Below are positions 36,334 through 45,003 of a stretch of DNA of 60,786 bases, one piece after another. Position 1 is the stretch's first letter; each line of letters begins with the position of its first letter. The position numbers were made by a program, and so were the translations under genes. The notes under the pieces are model-generated. The model was not told the origin of the DNA and ran no database searches. It worked only from the letters and a program-made list of their open reading frames with translations. Origin of the DNA: a virus (Duplodnaviria; Caudoviricetes); IMG/VR virus record IMGVR_UViG_3300034062_002901, positions 1 to 60,786 of that record. One strand, written 5' to 3'.

Positions 36334-36789
36334 ATGGACACACTACTTAGCATCTTAAAGAACGTGGCTCCGGGTATCGCTACTCTAGTAGCTGGGCCTG
36401 CTGGAGGTGCAGTTGTTTCTGCACTAGCGGCTAAGTTCGGGGTATCTGATACCGTTGAGGAAGTTGCCAAAGCTATTGCAGGTGATCCCGCTGCGGCGCA
36501 GAAGCTGGCTGAGATGGACTTGGAAAAGTTTCGCATTGAAGAAGCCGCTGTAACCTCACGCTGGGAAGCTGACATGGGTTCAGACTCATGGCTGTCCAAG
36601 AACATCCGCCCAATGGCGCTGATTGCTATCTTTGTAGCGTTCTTCTTGTTTACGATGATGTCAGCGTTTGGCTACAACGCACAAGAATCCTACGTGCAAC
36701 TGCTAGGCCAGTGGGGTCAGATCATCTTCCTCGCCTATTTTGGTGGTCGCACAATTGAAAAGTTGGCTGACATGAAGGCTAAGAAATGA
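36334..36789 (+). CDS. Putative holin (GTA-type 3TM family)
   Basis: DSWLSKNIRP...TM...YFGGRT.EK; adjacent to the endolysin. Confidence 0.7.
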   Translation: MDTLLSILKNVAPGIATLVAGPAGGAVVSALAAKFGVSDTVEEVAKAIAGDPAAAQKLAEMDLEKFRIEEAAVTSRWEADMGSDSWLSKNIRPMALIAIFVAFFLFTMMSAFGYNAQESYVQLLGQWGQIIFLAYFGGRTIEKLADMKAKK

Positions 36790-37250
36790 ACCTCACAACC
36801 AATTTTTCCTTGCACGAGTTAACCAAGAGCGAGGCCGCGCTACGCCATGACATGGACAACACGCCGTCGCCAAGGGCCTTGGCTAATCTACAGGCTTTGG
36901 CCACCGCCGTCCTGCAGCCCGTGCGCGATCACTTTGCGCGGGGCGTGAAGGTCAACTCGGGCTACCGCAGCCCTGATGTAAACGCCAAGGTCGGCGGCTC
37001 GCGGACCTCGGACCACTGCCAAGGCATGGCCGCTGACATCGAAATACCGGGCGTTCCCAACCACCAACTGGCCGAGTGGATTCAAGGCAATCTCCCCTAT
37101 ACACAACTGATCTTAGAGTTTTATACTCGTGGGGTGCCCGATTCCGGTTGGGTGCATGTTTCGTACAACCCCGACAATTTAAAAAAACAAGACCTTACCG
37201 CCGTGAAAGAGAACGGCAAAACCGTCTACTTAAACGGCCTGTCGGCCTAA
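36786..37250 (+). CDS. Endolysin, peptidase M15A family
   Basis: NFSL.EL..S, SGYRS...N..VGG...S.H..G.AAD, WVHVS. Confidence 0.9.
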   Translation: MNLTTNFSLHELTKSEAALRHDMDNTPSPRALANLQALATAVLQPVRDHFARGVKVNSGYRSPDVNAKVGGSRTSDHCQGMAADIEIPGVPNHQLAEWIQGNLPYTQLILEFYTRGVPDSGWVHVSYNPDNLKKQDLTAVKENGKTVYLNGLSA

Positions 37251-37261
37251 AGGAGCCCTTT

Positions 37262-37453
37262 GTGCCTGTAACTAAACCAAAGCCAAAATCCACGGTCAAT
37301 GCCGCAGGCAACTACACCAAGCCGAGCATGCGCAAGGCGTTGTTTGGCAAAATCAAAGCCGGCACGGCGGGCGGAGACCCTGGGGAATGGTCCGCGAGAA
37401 AAGCCCAGCTGTTGGCCAAGCAATACAAGGCCAAAGGCGGGGGCTACAAGTGA
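37262..37453 (+). CDS. Small basic protein (WSARKAQLLA..YK..GGGY)
   Basis: AAGGAG RBS before GTG 37262. Confidence 0.65.
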   Translation: MPVTKPKPKSTVNAAGNYTKPSMRKALFGKIKAGTAGGDPGEWSARKAQLLAKQYKAKGGGYK

Positions 37454-37680
37454 AAGACCCCCAAAAATCCCTGAAGGACTGGGGCGATCAGAAGTGGCGT
37501 ACCTCCGACGGCAAGCCCAGCAAGGGCAAAAAGCGTTACCTGCCTGACGCGGCATGGGGCGCTTTGTCGCCTGGCGAGAAGGCGGCCACCAACCGAGCTA
37601 AATCCAAGGGCAACGCCAAAGGCAAGCAGTTTGTAAAACAGCCAAAAACCGTTGCCAAAAAAACAGCAGGGTACAGATAA
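37450..37680 (+). CDS. Small basic protein (QKSLK.W..QKWRT..GKPS)
   Basis: GTGA coupling. Confidence 0.65.
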   Translation: MKDPQKSLKDWGDQKWRTSDGKPSKGKKRYLPDAAWGALSPGEKAATNRAKSKGNAKGKQFVKQPKTVAKKTAGYR

Positions 37681-37683
37681 GTT

Positions 37684-39534
37684 ATGGCACTTCTTCGACT
37701 TGCTCTCAAACCAGGTATTGACAAGCAGAACACCGAGTACGGCGCTGAGGGCGGCTGGGTGGACGCAGACTACGTGCGCTTTCGTTATGGCTTGCCTGAA
37801 AAGCTGGGCGGCTGGACAAGGTTTGGTGGCAGCCTTATAGACTTTGTGGGTTCCACAAGCGACATCTTTACTTGGAATGACTTGAAGGGTGCGCCTTATG
37901 CCGCCTTGGGCACCAACCGCAAGGTCTATGCCTTTTACGGGGGTGCGTGGGCGGACATTACTCCCATCCGTGCTACTGGTGCGTGCACCTTTACCACCAC
38001 CAATGGCAGCACTACGGTGACTGTCAACGACGCGCTACACGGGGCGGTTGTGGGCGACTTTGTCACTTTTGACACGGTCACAGGCAACCCGGGCGGCATT
38101 CCCAATGCAAGCCTAGAAAACGAATTTGAAATCCAACTGGTACCGAGTGACGGCACCTACACCATTTTGTCCCCCACCGCCGCCACCGGCACCGCTTCTA
38201 CGGTTGGAACGGCCACTGCCACTTACCAGATCAACGTCGGAAGCGACGTCAGCTTTGTCGATTTTGGTTGGGGCGTCGGCACTTGGGGCTTAAGCACTTG
38301 GGGCACGCCGCGCCCCGCTACTTCGTCCATTACCCTGTTAGCACGGACATGGCAGTTTGACAACTACGGCCAAGACTTGGTGATGCAGTTGGTGGACGGC
38401 GGTATATACGAGTGGGACCCAAGCACGGGCCTTAACACGCGGGCCACGGCTATCGCTGGTGCCCCCACAAAAAGCAAGTTTGCGATCATCTCCACGCCTG
38501 ACCGGCACTTAGTCTGCTTTGGCACGGAGTCCACGCTTGGCGATCCGACAAGCCAAGACCCAATGTTTGTGCGCTTTTCTAGCCAAGAAAGCATTGGCGA
38601 GTTTGTGGCCACAGCAACGAACACGGCCGGCGGACAACGGCTCACGGACGGCAATGAAATCGTTTCGGCGCTGCGTTCGCGCGGCCAGATTTTAATTTGG
38701 ACAGACACTTCCCTGCACGGCCAGCAATTCCTTGGCCCGCCATTTACCTTCGGCTTTCAACAGCTGGGCGCCAATTGCGGCATTATTGGCCCGCACGCAT
38801 CGGCCGACGTCAACGGCGTGGCATATTGGATGAGCAAGGACGCGTTTTTTGTCTTTGACGGTACGGTCAAGAAAATTCCTTGCACCGTGCAGGACTACGT
38901 TTTTGAGGACCTAAATATTGCGCAGGCCCCCTCTGTGAACGTAGGCATTAACACCCAGTTCAATGAAGTCACCTGGTTCTATGCAACGCTTAACAGCGAC
39001 TATGTCAACCGCTTTGTAACGTACAACTACATGGAAAATGTGTGGTCGATTGGCTCTATGGCGCGCACGGCATGGACGGATATCGGGACGTTTGATAATC
39101 CCTTGGCCACAAAGTACGAGCCGCTGAACAACGAGCCCACCCTCACCACAATTTATGGTCTCACGGCAGGCCGGAGCTATCTGTACAACCAAGAAGAGGG
39201 GGTAGACGACGATGGCCAGCCCATAGACGCTTTCCTGTACTCGGGCTACTTTGACATCGGGGACGGAGACCAAGTGCTGTTTATGAAACGCTTCATTCCT
39301 GACTTCAAGCGCCAAACGGGGGACCTAACAGTCCGGCTGCTCTTGCGCCTTTATCCACAAACGAGCGCCACCCCAAGCTCGCTGGACCCGTACATCATCA
39401 CGCCCACCACAGACAAGGTGGATACGCGCGCGCGCGGCCGGCAGATTCAGCTTCGTATTGAGAGCGACGAGCTTAACGGCTGGTGGCGCTATGGCACGAT
39501 GCGTGTCGACATCGTTCCTGATGGGTTGAGATGA
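37684..39534 (+). CDS. Tail nozzle / tubular protein B-like stabilisation protein
   Basis: 616 aa, beta-propeller-like; VRFRYG.PEK.GGW start and D..PDG.R end. Confidence 0.7.
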   Translation: MALLRLALKPGIDKQNTEYGAEGGWVDADYVRFRYGLPEKLGGWTRFGGSLIDFVGSTSDIFTWNDLKGAPYAALGTNRKVYAFYGGAWADITPIRATGACTFTTTNGSTTVTVNDALHGAVVGDFVTFDTVTGNPGGIPNASLENEFEIQLVPSDGTYTILSPTAATGTASTVGTATATYQINVGSDVSFVDFGWGVGTWGLSTWGTPRPATSSITLLARTWQFDNYGQDLVMQLVDGGIYEWDPSTGLNTRATAIAGAPTKSKFAIISTPDRHLVCFGTESTLGDPTSQDPMFVRFSSQESIGEFVATATNTAGGQRLTDGNEIVSALRSRGQILIWTDTSLHGQQFLGPPFTFGFQQLGANCGIIGPHASADVNGVAYWMSKDAFFVFDGTVKKIPCTVQDYVFEDLNIAQAPSVNVGINTQFNEVTWFYATLNSDYVNRFVTYNYMENVWSIGSMARTAWTDIGTFDNPLATKYEPLNNEPTLTTIYGLTAGRSYLYNQEEGVDDDGQPIDAFLYSGYFDIGDGDQVLFMKRFIPDFKRQTGDLTVRLLLRLYPQTSATPSSLDPYIITPTTDKVDTRARGRQIQLRIESDELNGWWRYGTMRVDIVPDGLR

Positions 39535-39707
39535 GCAAGATTACCAACGTCCGGCTGCCTAACGCCTCCCCGTCAGGCTACGACCCTTCCCAGTTCAACC
39601 AACTGGTACGCTCGCTTGAGCAGATTATTCTTCAGCTTAACAGCACTTACACCCCTGTTGTCACGGAGGACAAGGACCAAGCGCAAACTTGGTTTTTTGG
39701 AAAATAA
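39531..39707 (+). CDS. 58-aa protein (MSKITNVRLP...), absent from the ORF track
   Basis: ATGA and TAATG coupling; translated by hand. Confidence 0.65.
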   Translation: MSKITNVRLPNASPSGYDPSQFNQLVRSLEQIILQLNSTYTPVVTEDKDQAQTWFFGK

Positions 39708-40045
39708 TGGGAAACGCATACAAACGCTATAACGAGACACTGGTAACAGCAACGCCAAAGGTGGTGTTGACGGTTCCTGCGGCTACAACGGCTATCGTCA
39801 AATCTATTTGGATAGCAAACGCAAACGCGGCAAGCACCAATATAACCGTCACCTTTTCCCCTGGCGGAAGCGGAACACACTATTTAGTGCCTTCGGAAGC
39901 AGTAGCCTCTAACGTGTATGTAGACCTCTTGGCCGGTTGGAACGCGGGCCCTCTAGTACTTGAGCAACTTGACGCGTTGACGGTCACATCTTCGCAGAGC
40001 ACTGTTTACGTTGTAGTAAGCGCTCTTTTAGTGGACAGAAGTTAA
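39707..40045 (+). CDS. Small beta-rich structural protein
   Basis: TVPA.TTAIVKSI...N motif. Confidence 0.65.
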   Translation: MGNAYKRYNETLVTATPKVVLTVPAATTAIVKSIWIANANAASTNITVTFSPGGSGTHYLVPSEAVASNVYVDLLAGWNAGPLVLEQLDALTVTSSQSTVYVVVSALLVDRS

Positions 40046-40131
40046 AAATTTAATGGATAATCTTGTCAATCTCGCGTCCTTCCCCAGCGCGCGGCCCATG
40101 AGGCCTTTGGCAAAAACTAAAAAGGACCATC

Positions 40132-42141
40132 ATGGCAAATGAAGGAATCATGGCGCTACCCCAAGGGGAAGCCATGCCGAGCGAAGAAGCTCAAGATCAA
40201 CGGCCCACTGTCACGAGTGCGCAATCGTACGACGCCGCCCAAACAGCCTTGGGCATGACCCGCCCCGACGACCTTGCAATGCTCAAGGAGTCGTTGCGCC
40301 AAAACATGGCGGAAGTGGACTTAAAACCCGCTGAATTGGCCGCTTTTATTAACTTGTTGGAATACATCTCTCAGCGCCCTGCCGAGTACAGCCAAATCCG
40401 TCAAAAGCTTATTGACGACGACCTTGTCGACCCTGAGGACATGCCGGAGGAGTACGACGTTGAATTTATCGGCACGATGCTGGCCGTACTGAACGAAGTA
40501 CAGATGAGCCAAGCACAGGGCGCGCAAGCCCCCATGATGGACATGCCTCCCGTTGAAGGGGCGGATGCCATGCAAGGCATGGGCCCCATGCAGCCGATGG
40601 CCATGGCCGAGGGCGGGTTGGCCGACGTGGCCTCTTACTTGGCCGCACAGGGTCGCCATGGTGACACCATGCTGGCGCACATCACACCCGAGGAAGCACA
40701 GCTCCTCAAAGACCGTGGCGGCTCTGGCACGATCAACCCGGTTACCGGCTTGCCTGAGTTCTTTAAATTTTTGAAGAAGATATGGAAGGGCGTGACCTCC
40801 GTTGCAAGGAAAGTGCTTAAAAGCCCAATTGGCCGCATCTTGGCGACCGTTGCGTTGGCCATGGTCCTCGGGCCAGGGGCAGCGGGCTTTTCAGGCTTTG
40901 GCTTGTCTGCCGGAACGGCAGCGGGCCTAGCCTCTGGCGCGGTGACCCTAGCAGGCGGCGGCTCCATTAAGGACGCGCTCGTCTCTGGCGCGATGGGCTA
41001 CATTGGGGGCGGCGGAACGGTCATGGGTGCCAATCCCTTGGCATCGGTTGGCCAATACCTTCCCGGTGCGGCAGGTAGCGCGCTAAATACAGGTTTGACC
41101 ACCGGCGCCATCGGCGCAGGTATTGGCAAGCTGAGTGGCATGAGCACCCAAGACGCCTTACGCATGGGCCTGACTTCTGGCGCATCGGCCGCAGCACTGA
41201 CTGGCCTGCAGAACACGAGCCAAGCGGCGCTTGGGGGAGGGACAGCTCAAGACCTCTTGAATGCGCAAGCTGCCAGCGGCGATGGAACAGGTTTGCAACT
41301 GCCACCGGGCGCTGCCCCGGAGCCGGGATATACCGTAGCAGGAAACACTGTTCCTCCTGCCGGCGCCCCCGTACAGGCGCCCGTTGACGCCTCTTCTGCC
41401 CTGCAGCTGCCGCCGGGCGCTGCCCCGGAGCCGGGGTATACCGTAGCGGGTGCCAAGCCCGGCTTTTTTGATGAAATGACCACCGGGGCCAAGAACTTGT
41501 ACTCAGAATACTTGTCTCCTAGCCGCCCGGGAATGGCGGCAGATGCGGGCATGTTCACCAAGTACGCTCCATTGGCAGCAGCCGGAACAGCTGCCATCGG
41601 TCTGGCGGGGGGCATGAAGAGCGAGCCGGTAAACCAAAACCCGGCATTTAACCGCGCCTACACGGGCTCGGACTACATGCGGGATAACCCTGCCCAATTT
41701 GCAGGTGGCCTAAGTACTTACACGCGCCCGGACATCCCTGCAAATCCGATCGTCCCGACGCCGTCTTATGCCAGCATTCCAGTTGGCCCGCCGGGCATGA
41801 TCACTCCTGGCGGCATCACCCAGCAGCCGAGCGGGATAGCCCAGCCGTACAACATGGCAGGTCTGTACGGCGTGCCGTTGATCTATGGCCCGGATGGCCA
41901 GCCCCAGCGTATGGCTAAGGGCGGAGACGCAAAGCCCACAAACTTTCCCCGCAAAAACGGCCCTGTCAACGGCCCCGGCACGGGAACCTCGGATGAAATT
42001 CCCGCCATGCTGTCGGACGGTGAATTTGTGTTCACGGCCAAGGCAGTGCGCAATGCCGGCAGCGGAAGTCGTCGCAAGGGTGCGGCGCGCATGTACAAGC
42101 TCATGAAAATGCTTGAGGGCGGCCCGGTCAAGGGGAAATAA
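40132..42141 (+). CDS. Internal virion / ejection protein 1
   Basis: GR.GDT.LAHI...GTINP.TGLPEF module, Gly/Ala hydrophobic stretch, C-terminal GPGTGTSD.IPAMLSDGEFV motif. Confidence 0.65.
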   Translation: MANEGIMALPQGEAMPSEEAQDQRPTVTSAQSYDAAQTALGMTRPDDLAMLKESLRQNMAEVDLKPAELAAFINLLEYISQRPAEYSQIRQKLIDDDLVDPEDMPEEYDVEFIGTMLAVLNEVQMSQAQGAQAPMMDMPPVEGADAMQGMGPMQPMAMAEGGLADVASYLAAQGRHGDTMLAHITPEEAQLLKDRGGSGTINPVTGLPEFFKFLKKIWKGVTSVARKVLKSPIGRILATVALAMVLGPGAAGFSGFGLSAGTAAGLASGAVTLAGGGSIKDALVSGAMGYIGGGGTVMGANPLASVGQYLPGAAGSALNTGLTTGAIGAGIGKLSGMSTQDALRMGLTSGASAAALTGLQNTSQAALGGGTAQDLLNAQAASGDGTGLQLPPGAAPEPGYTVAGNTVPPAGAPVQAPVDASSALQLPPGAAPEPGYTVAGAKPGFFDEMTTGAKNLYSEYLSPSRPGMAADAGMFTKYAPLAAAGTAAIGLAGGMKSEPVNQNPAFNRAYTGSDYMRDNPAQFAGGLSTYTRPDIPANPIVPTPSYASIPVGPPGMITPGGITQQPSGIAQPYNMAGLYGVPLIYGPDGQPQRMAKGGDAKPTNFPRKNGPVNGPGTGTSDEIPAMLSDGEFVFTAKAVRNAGSGSRRKGAARMYKLMKMLEGGPVKGK

Positions 42142-44994
42142 ATGGCAGAAGAAACAGTCACACAACAGATCGTCCGGGAAGCCCCGGAGATTGAGGCGTA
42201 CAAGCTAAAGCTGCTGCAGGAAGCCCAGAAACTGGCCTTCAACCAAAGCGGCGGACAGACGCTTGCCCAGCAACTCCCCGGCTACCAAGTAGCAGGGTTT
42301 TCCCCTGCACAACAGGCTGCCCTGCGATCTGCCGAAACGCAAGGCGTTGGAGCTTTTACACCGTACATGACCGCAGCCAATCAGGCACTTGGTGGGGCTT
42401 ACCAGACCACGGGTGAAGCGGCAGACATCCTGCGCGGAGCAGACACGCGCCAGCAGTTCACCGACGCACAGCGGGCCATAGGCCAAGCTGGAGGCGCCAC
42501 TGCCGGCATCACCTCTGGCATCGGCCAAATCGGCCAAGGTCTGGGTTACTTGGACGTTGCCGCGCAGCGCGCAGCAGCATCCGACACCACCGGTCAGTTT
42601 GGTGCTGCTCGCCAAGATATTGGAGCGGGCCTCGGAGCGCTGGCCACGGGCCAGAATATGGCCGCTTTGTCCAGCCAAGCCAACCTCCAGCCTGCAACGT
42701 CAGCCATTGCCCAAGGCATTGGGGGCCTGACTCAAGCGCAGCAGTTGGCGCTTGGCGCAGGCGGCGCAGACTTTAGCGGCTCTCAGGCCTTGCTTGGCCA
42801 AGCGGCCGGTCAGCTTCAAAGTGCGCAGCCTCAGTTTGGCCAAGCGCAACAGACCATGCAACAAGGCCTTGGCCAAGGCCAGCAGGCTATTGGCATGGCC
42901 GCGCAAGCTGCCCGGCAGCCGGGCTTCTTGGCGCAAAACGTGGCCCTTGGCCAAGCCATGGGGGCAGCCCGACAGGCCGGTCCATCTGATTTCAGTGGCG
43001 CTTTCCAAGGCTTGCAGGGCGCAGGCGACGATGCCATGATGGCTTCCATCATGGCGCAGCAGGCAGCGCAGCAGCCCGGGTTTGGCCAAGCCGTTGGCCA
43101 AGGCCAGCAGGCCATTCAGATGGCGCAGCAGGCAGCGCAGCAGCCCGGGATGCAGCAAGGTGTCAGCGCAGCCTTTGATGCAGCGCAGCAGGCCCGCATG
43201 GCAGCAGCGCAGCCCGGTTTTGACCGCGCCCAGCAGACCGGAATGCAGGCCGCGCAAGCGGCCATGGCCGCAGCGGCCCAGCCCGGGTTTGGTCAAGCGG
43301 AGTCCGCGCTCCAGCAGGGACTCGGTCAGCTTGGCGGTGCCACGCAGCGCTTTGACCCTGCTTCTGCGCAGAACTTTATGGACCCGTATCGCCAACAGGT
43401 GATTGACGAGGCCATGCGTCAAATGGATCGTCAGGGGCAGATTGCGCAGCAGGGCCTGTCGGCTCAAGCGGTGCGCTCGGGTGCCTTTGGTGGTGAGCGT
43501 GAAGGGGTGCAACGTGCAGAGATGCAACGCAACCTGATGGATCAAAAGTCCAGCACCATTGCCAACCTTTTGTCGCAAGGTTTTAGCCAGTCTCAGGCAC
43601 AGGCCATGCAGGCGTTTGAACAGCAACAGGGCCGTCAGATGCAGGCGGGGCAGGGCATTGGTCAACTGGGCGCACAGCAGGCACAAGTAGCTGCTCAACA
43701 AGCAGGACTGCAGCAAGCAGGTGCCCAAGCCTTGGCCGGGCAAGCGGGACTGCAGTCGGGCATTGCCGCTCAACAAGCAGGCTTTGGCCAGCAAGCGGCC
43801 CAGCAATTGGCCCAAGCAGGACAGCTCCAAACCAGCACGGCCGCTCAACAGGCAGGCTTTGGCCAGCAAGCTGCTCAATTAGCCGCTCAACAAGCGGGCC
43901 TGCAGGGCCAGCTCGCCGGTCAACAAGGCCAGCTCGGCCTTCAAGCCGCGCAGCAGCGCTTTCAAGAGGCCGGGTTTGACGCTCAAACCGCCATGCAAAT
44001 GGCTCAACTGCAACAGACACAGGCAAGCCAAGCGGGCCAACAGTCTCAATTGATGCAAGGCATCGGGGGCCTGTATGGTCAAAGCGCTCAAGCACAGGGC
44101 GGGCTGCAACAGCAAGCTGCTCAGTTGGCGGCGCAGCAGGCAGGACTTGGCGTGCAAGCAGGTAGCCAGATGGGTAACTTGGAAGCACAGCGCGCTCAGT
44201 TTGGCCAAGCCGCCGCAGGGCAGTTGGCCAACATCGGCCAGACCGTAGGTTCGCAAGCTGCGCAGCAGGCTCAACTTGGCCAAGCAGCGGCGGGTCTTTA
44301 CGGCAACCTAGCACAAAACCAAATTGGCGCAGGGCAGGGCCTCGGACAGCTCGGCGTGCAGCAGGCTCAACTTGGCCAAGGCGCAGCAGGGCAGTTTCTG
44401 CAGGCAGGGCAGCAGTACGGCAACTTGGCCTCCCAAGGCGGCGCACTGGCGGGCCAAGAGGCTTCAATCAACCAGAACATCGCCAACTTGATGATGCAGC
44501 AGTCACAGGCGCGCAACCAAGCGGCTCAGGCAGCGGCAGGTATTTACGGTCAGCAGGCGGGCCAGTTCCAGCAGCTTGGCCAAGGCATCGGCCAGTTGGC
44601 ATCGCAACAGTTTGGCATTGGGCAGCAGCAAGCGCAGGGCTTGGGCGCTCTTGCCGGCCAGTTAGGCCAGCTTGGCGTGCAGCAAGGTGCACTGGGCCAG
44701 ACCGCTCAAGCGCTGCAGCAAGGGGACGTTAACTTTTTGTACAACGTCGGCCAGTCCCAGCAGGCCTTCAATCAGCAGTCGATCGACGCGCAACGTGCTA
44801 CGGAGCTGCAGAAGGTTTACGCCCCATATCAGCAAGCAGGCTTCCTGTCGGACATCTACAAGGGCGCTCCGTCCACGCAGATGTCCACGGCCGTGGCCAG
44901 CCAGCCTTCGGCAAGTCCCTTCCAGCAAGCGGTCGGTATTGGTCTGGGTGCCGTGGCAACTGCGGCAGCCGCCTCAAAGGCAAAACTTTTCTAA
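42142..44994 (+). CDS. Internal virion / ejection protein 2 (Gln/Ala/Gly-rich helical, DNA-pilot-like)
   Basis: FMDPY.Q.VI...GAFGG.R motif; long QAG repeats; hydrophobic C-terminus. Confidence 0.65.
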   Translation: MAEETVTQQIVREAPEIEAYKLKLLQEAQKLAFNQSGGQTLAQQLPGYQVAGFSPAQQAALRSAETQGVGAFTPYMTAANQALGGAYQTTGEAADILRGADTRQQFTDAQRAIGQAGGATAGITSGIGQIGQGLGYLDVAAQRAAASDTTGQFGAARQDIGAGLGALATGQNMAALSSQANLQPATSAIAQGIGGLTQAQQLALGAGGADFSGSQALLGQAAGQLQSAQPQFGQAQQTMQQGLGQGQQAIGMAAQAARQPGFLAQNVALGQAMGAARQAGPSDFSGAFQGLQGAGDDAMMASIMAQQAAQQPGFGQAVGQGQQAIQMAQQAAQQPGMQQGVSAAFDAAQQARMAAAQPGFDRAQQTGMQAAQAAMAAAAQPGFGQAESALQQGLGQLGGATQRFDPASAQNFMDPYRQQVIDEAMRQMDRQGQIAQQGLSAQAVRSGAFGGEREGVQRAEMQRNLMDQKSSTIANLLSQGFSQSQAQAMQAFEQQQGRQMQAGQGIGQLGAQQAQVAAQQAGLQQAGAQALAGQAGLQSGIAAQQAGFGQQAAQQLAQAGQLQTSTAAQQAGFGQQAAQLAAQQAGLQGQLAGQQGQLGLQAAQQRFQEAGFDAQTAMQMAQLQQTQASQAGQQSQLMQGIGGLYGQSAQAQGGLQQQAAQLAAQQAGLGVQAGSQMGNLEAQRAQFGQAAAGQLANIGQTVGSQAAQQAQLGQAAAGLYGNLAQNQIGAGQGLGQLGVQQAQLGQGAAGQFLQAGQQYGNLASQGGALAGQEASINQNIANLMMQQSQARNQAAQAAAGIYGQQAGQFQQLGQGIGQLASQQFGIGQQQAQGLGALAGQLGQLGVQQGALGQTAQALQQGDVNFLYNVGQSQQAFNQQSIDAQRATELQKVYAPYQQAGFLSDIYKGAPSTQMSTAVASQPSASPFQQAVGIGLGAVATAAAASKAKLF

Positions 44995-45003
44995 GAGGTT
45001 GAC

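Noticed and set aside
41940-42060. Tape measure protein call from the GPGTGTSD...LSDGEFV motif
   Set aside because: The motif also occurs in tape measures, but no tail tube, sheath or tail chaperone genes are evident; context favours a podoviral internal protein
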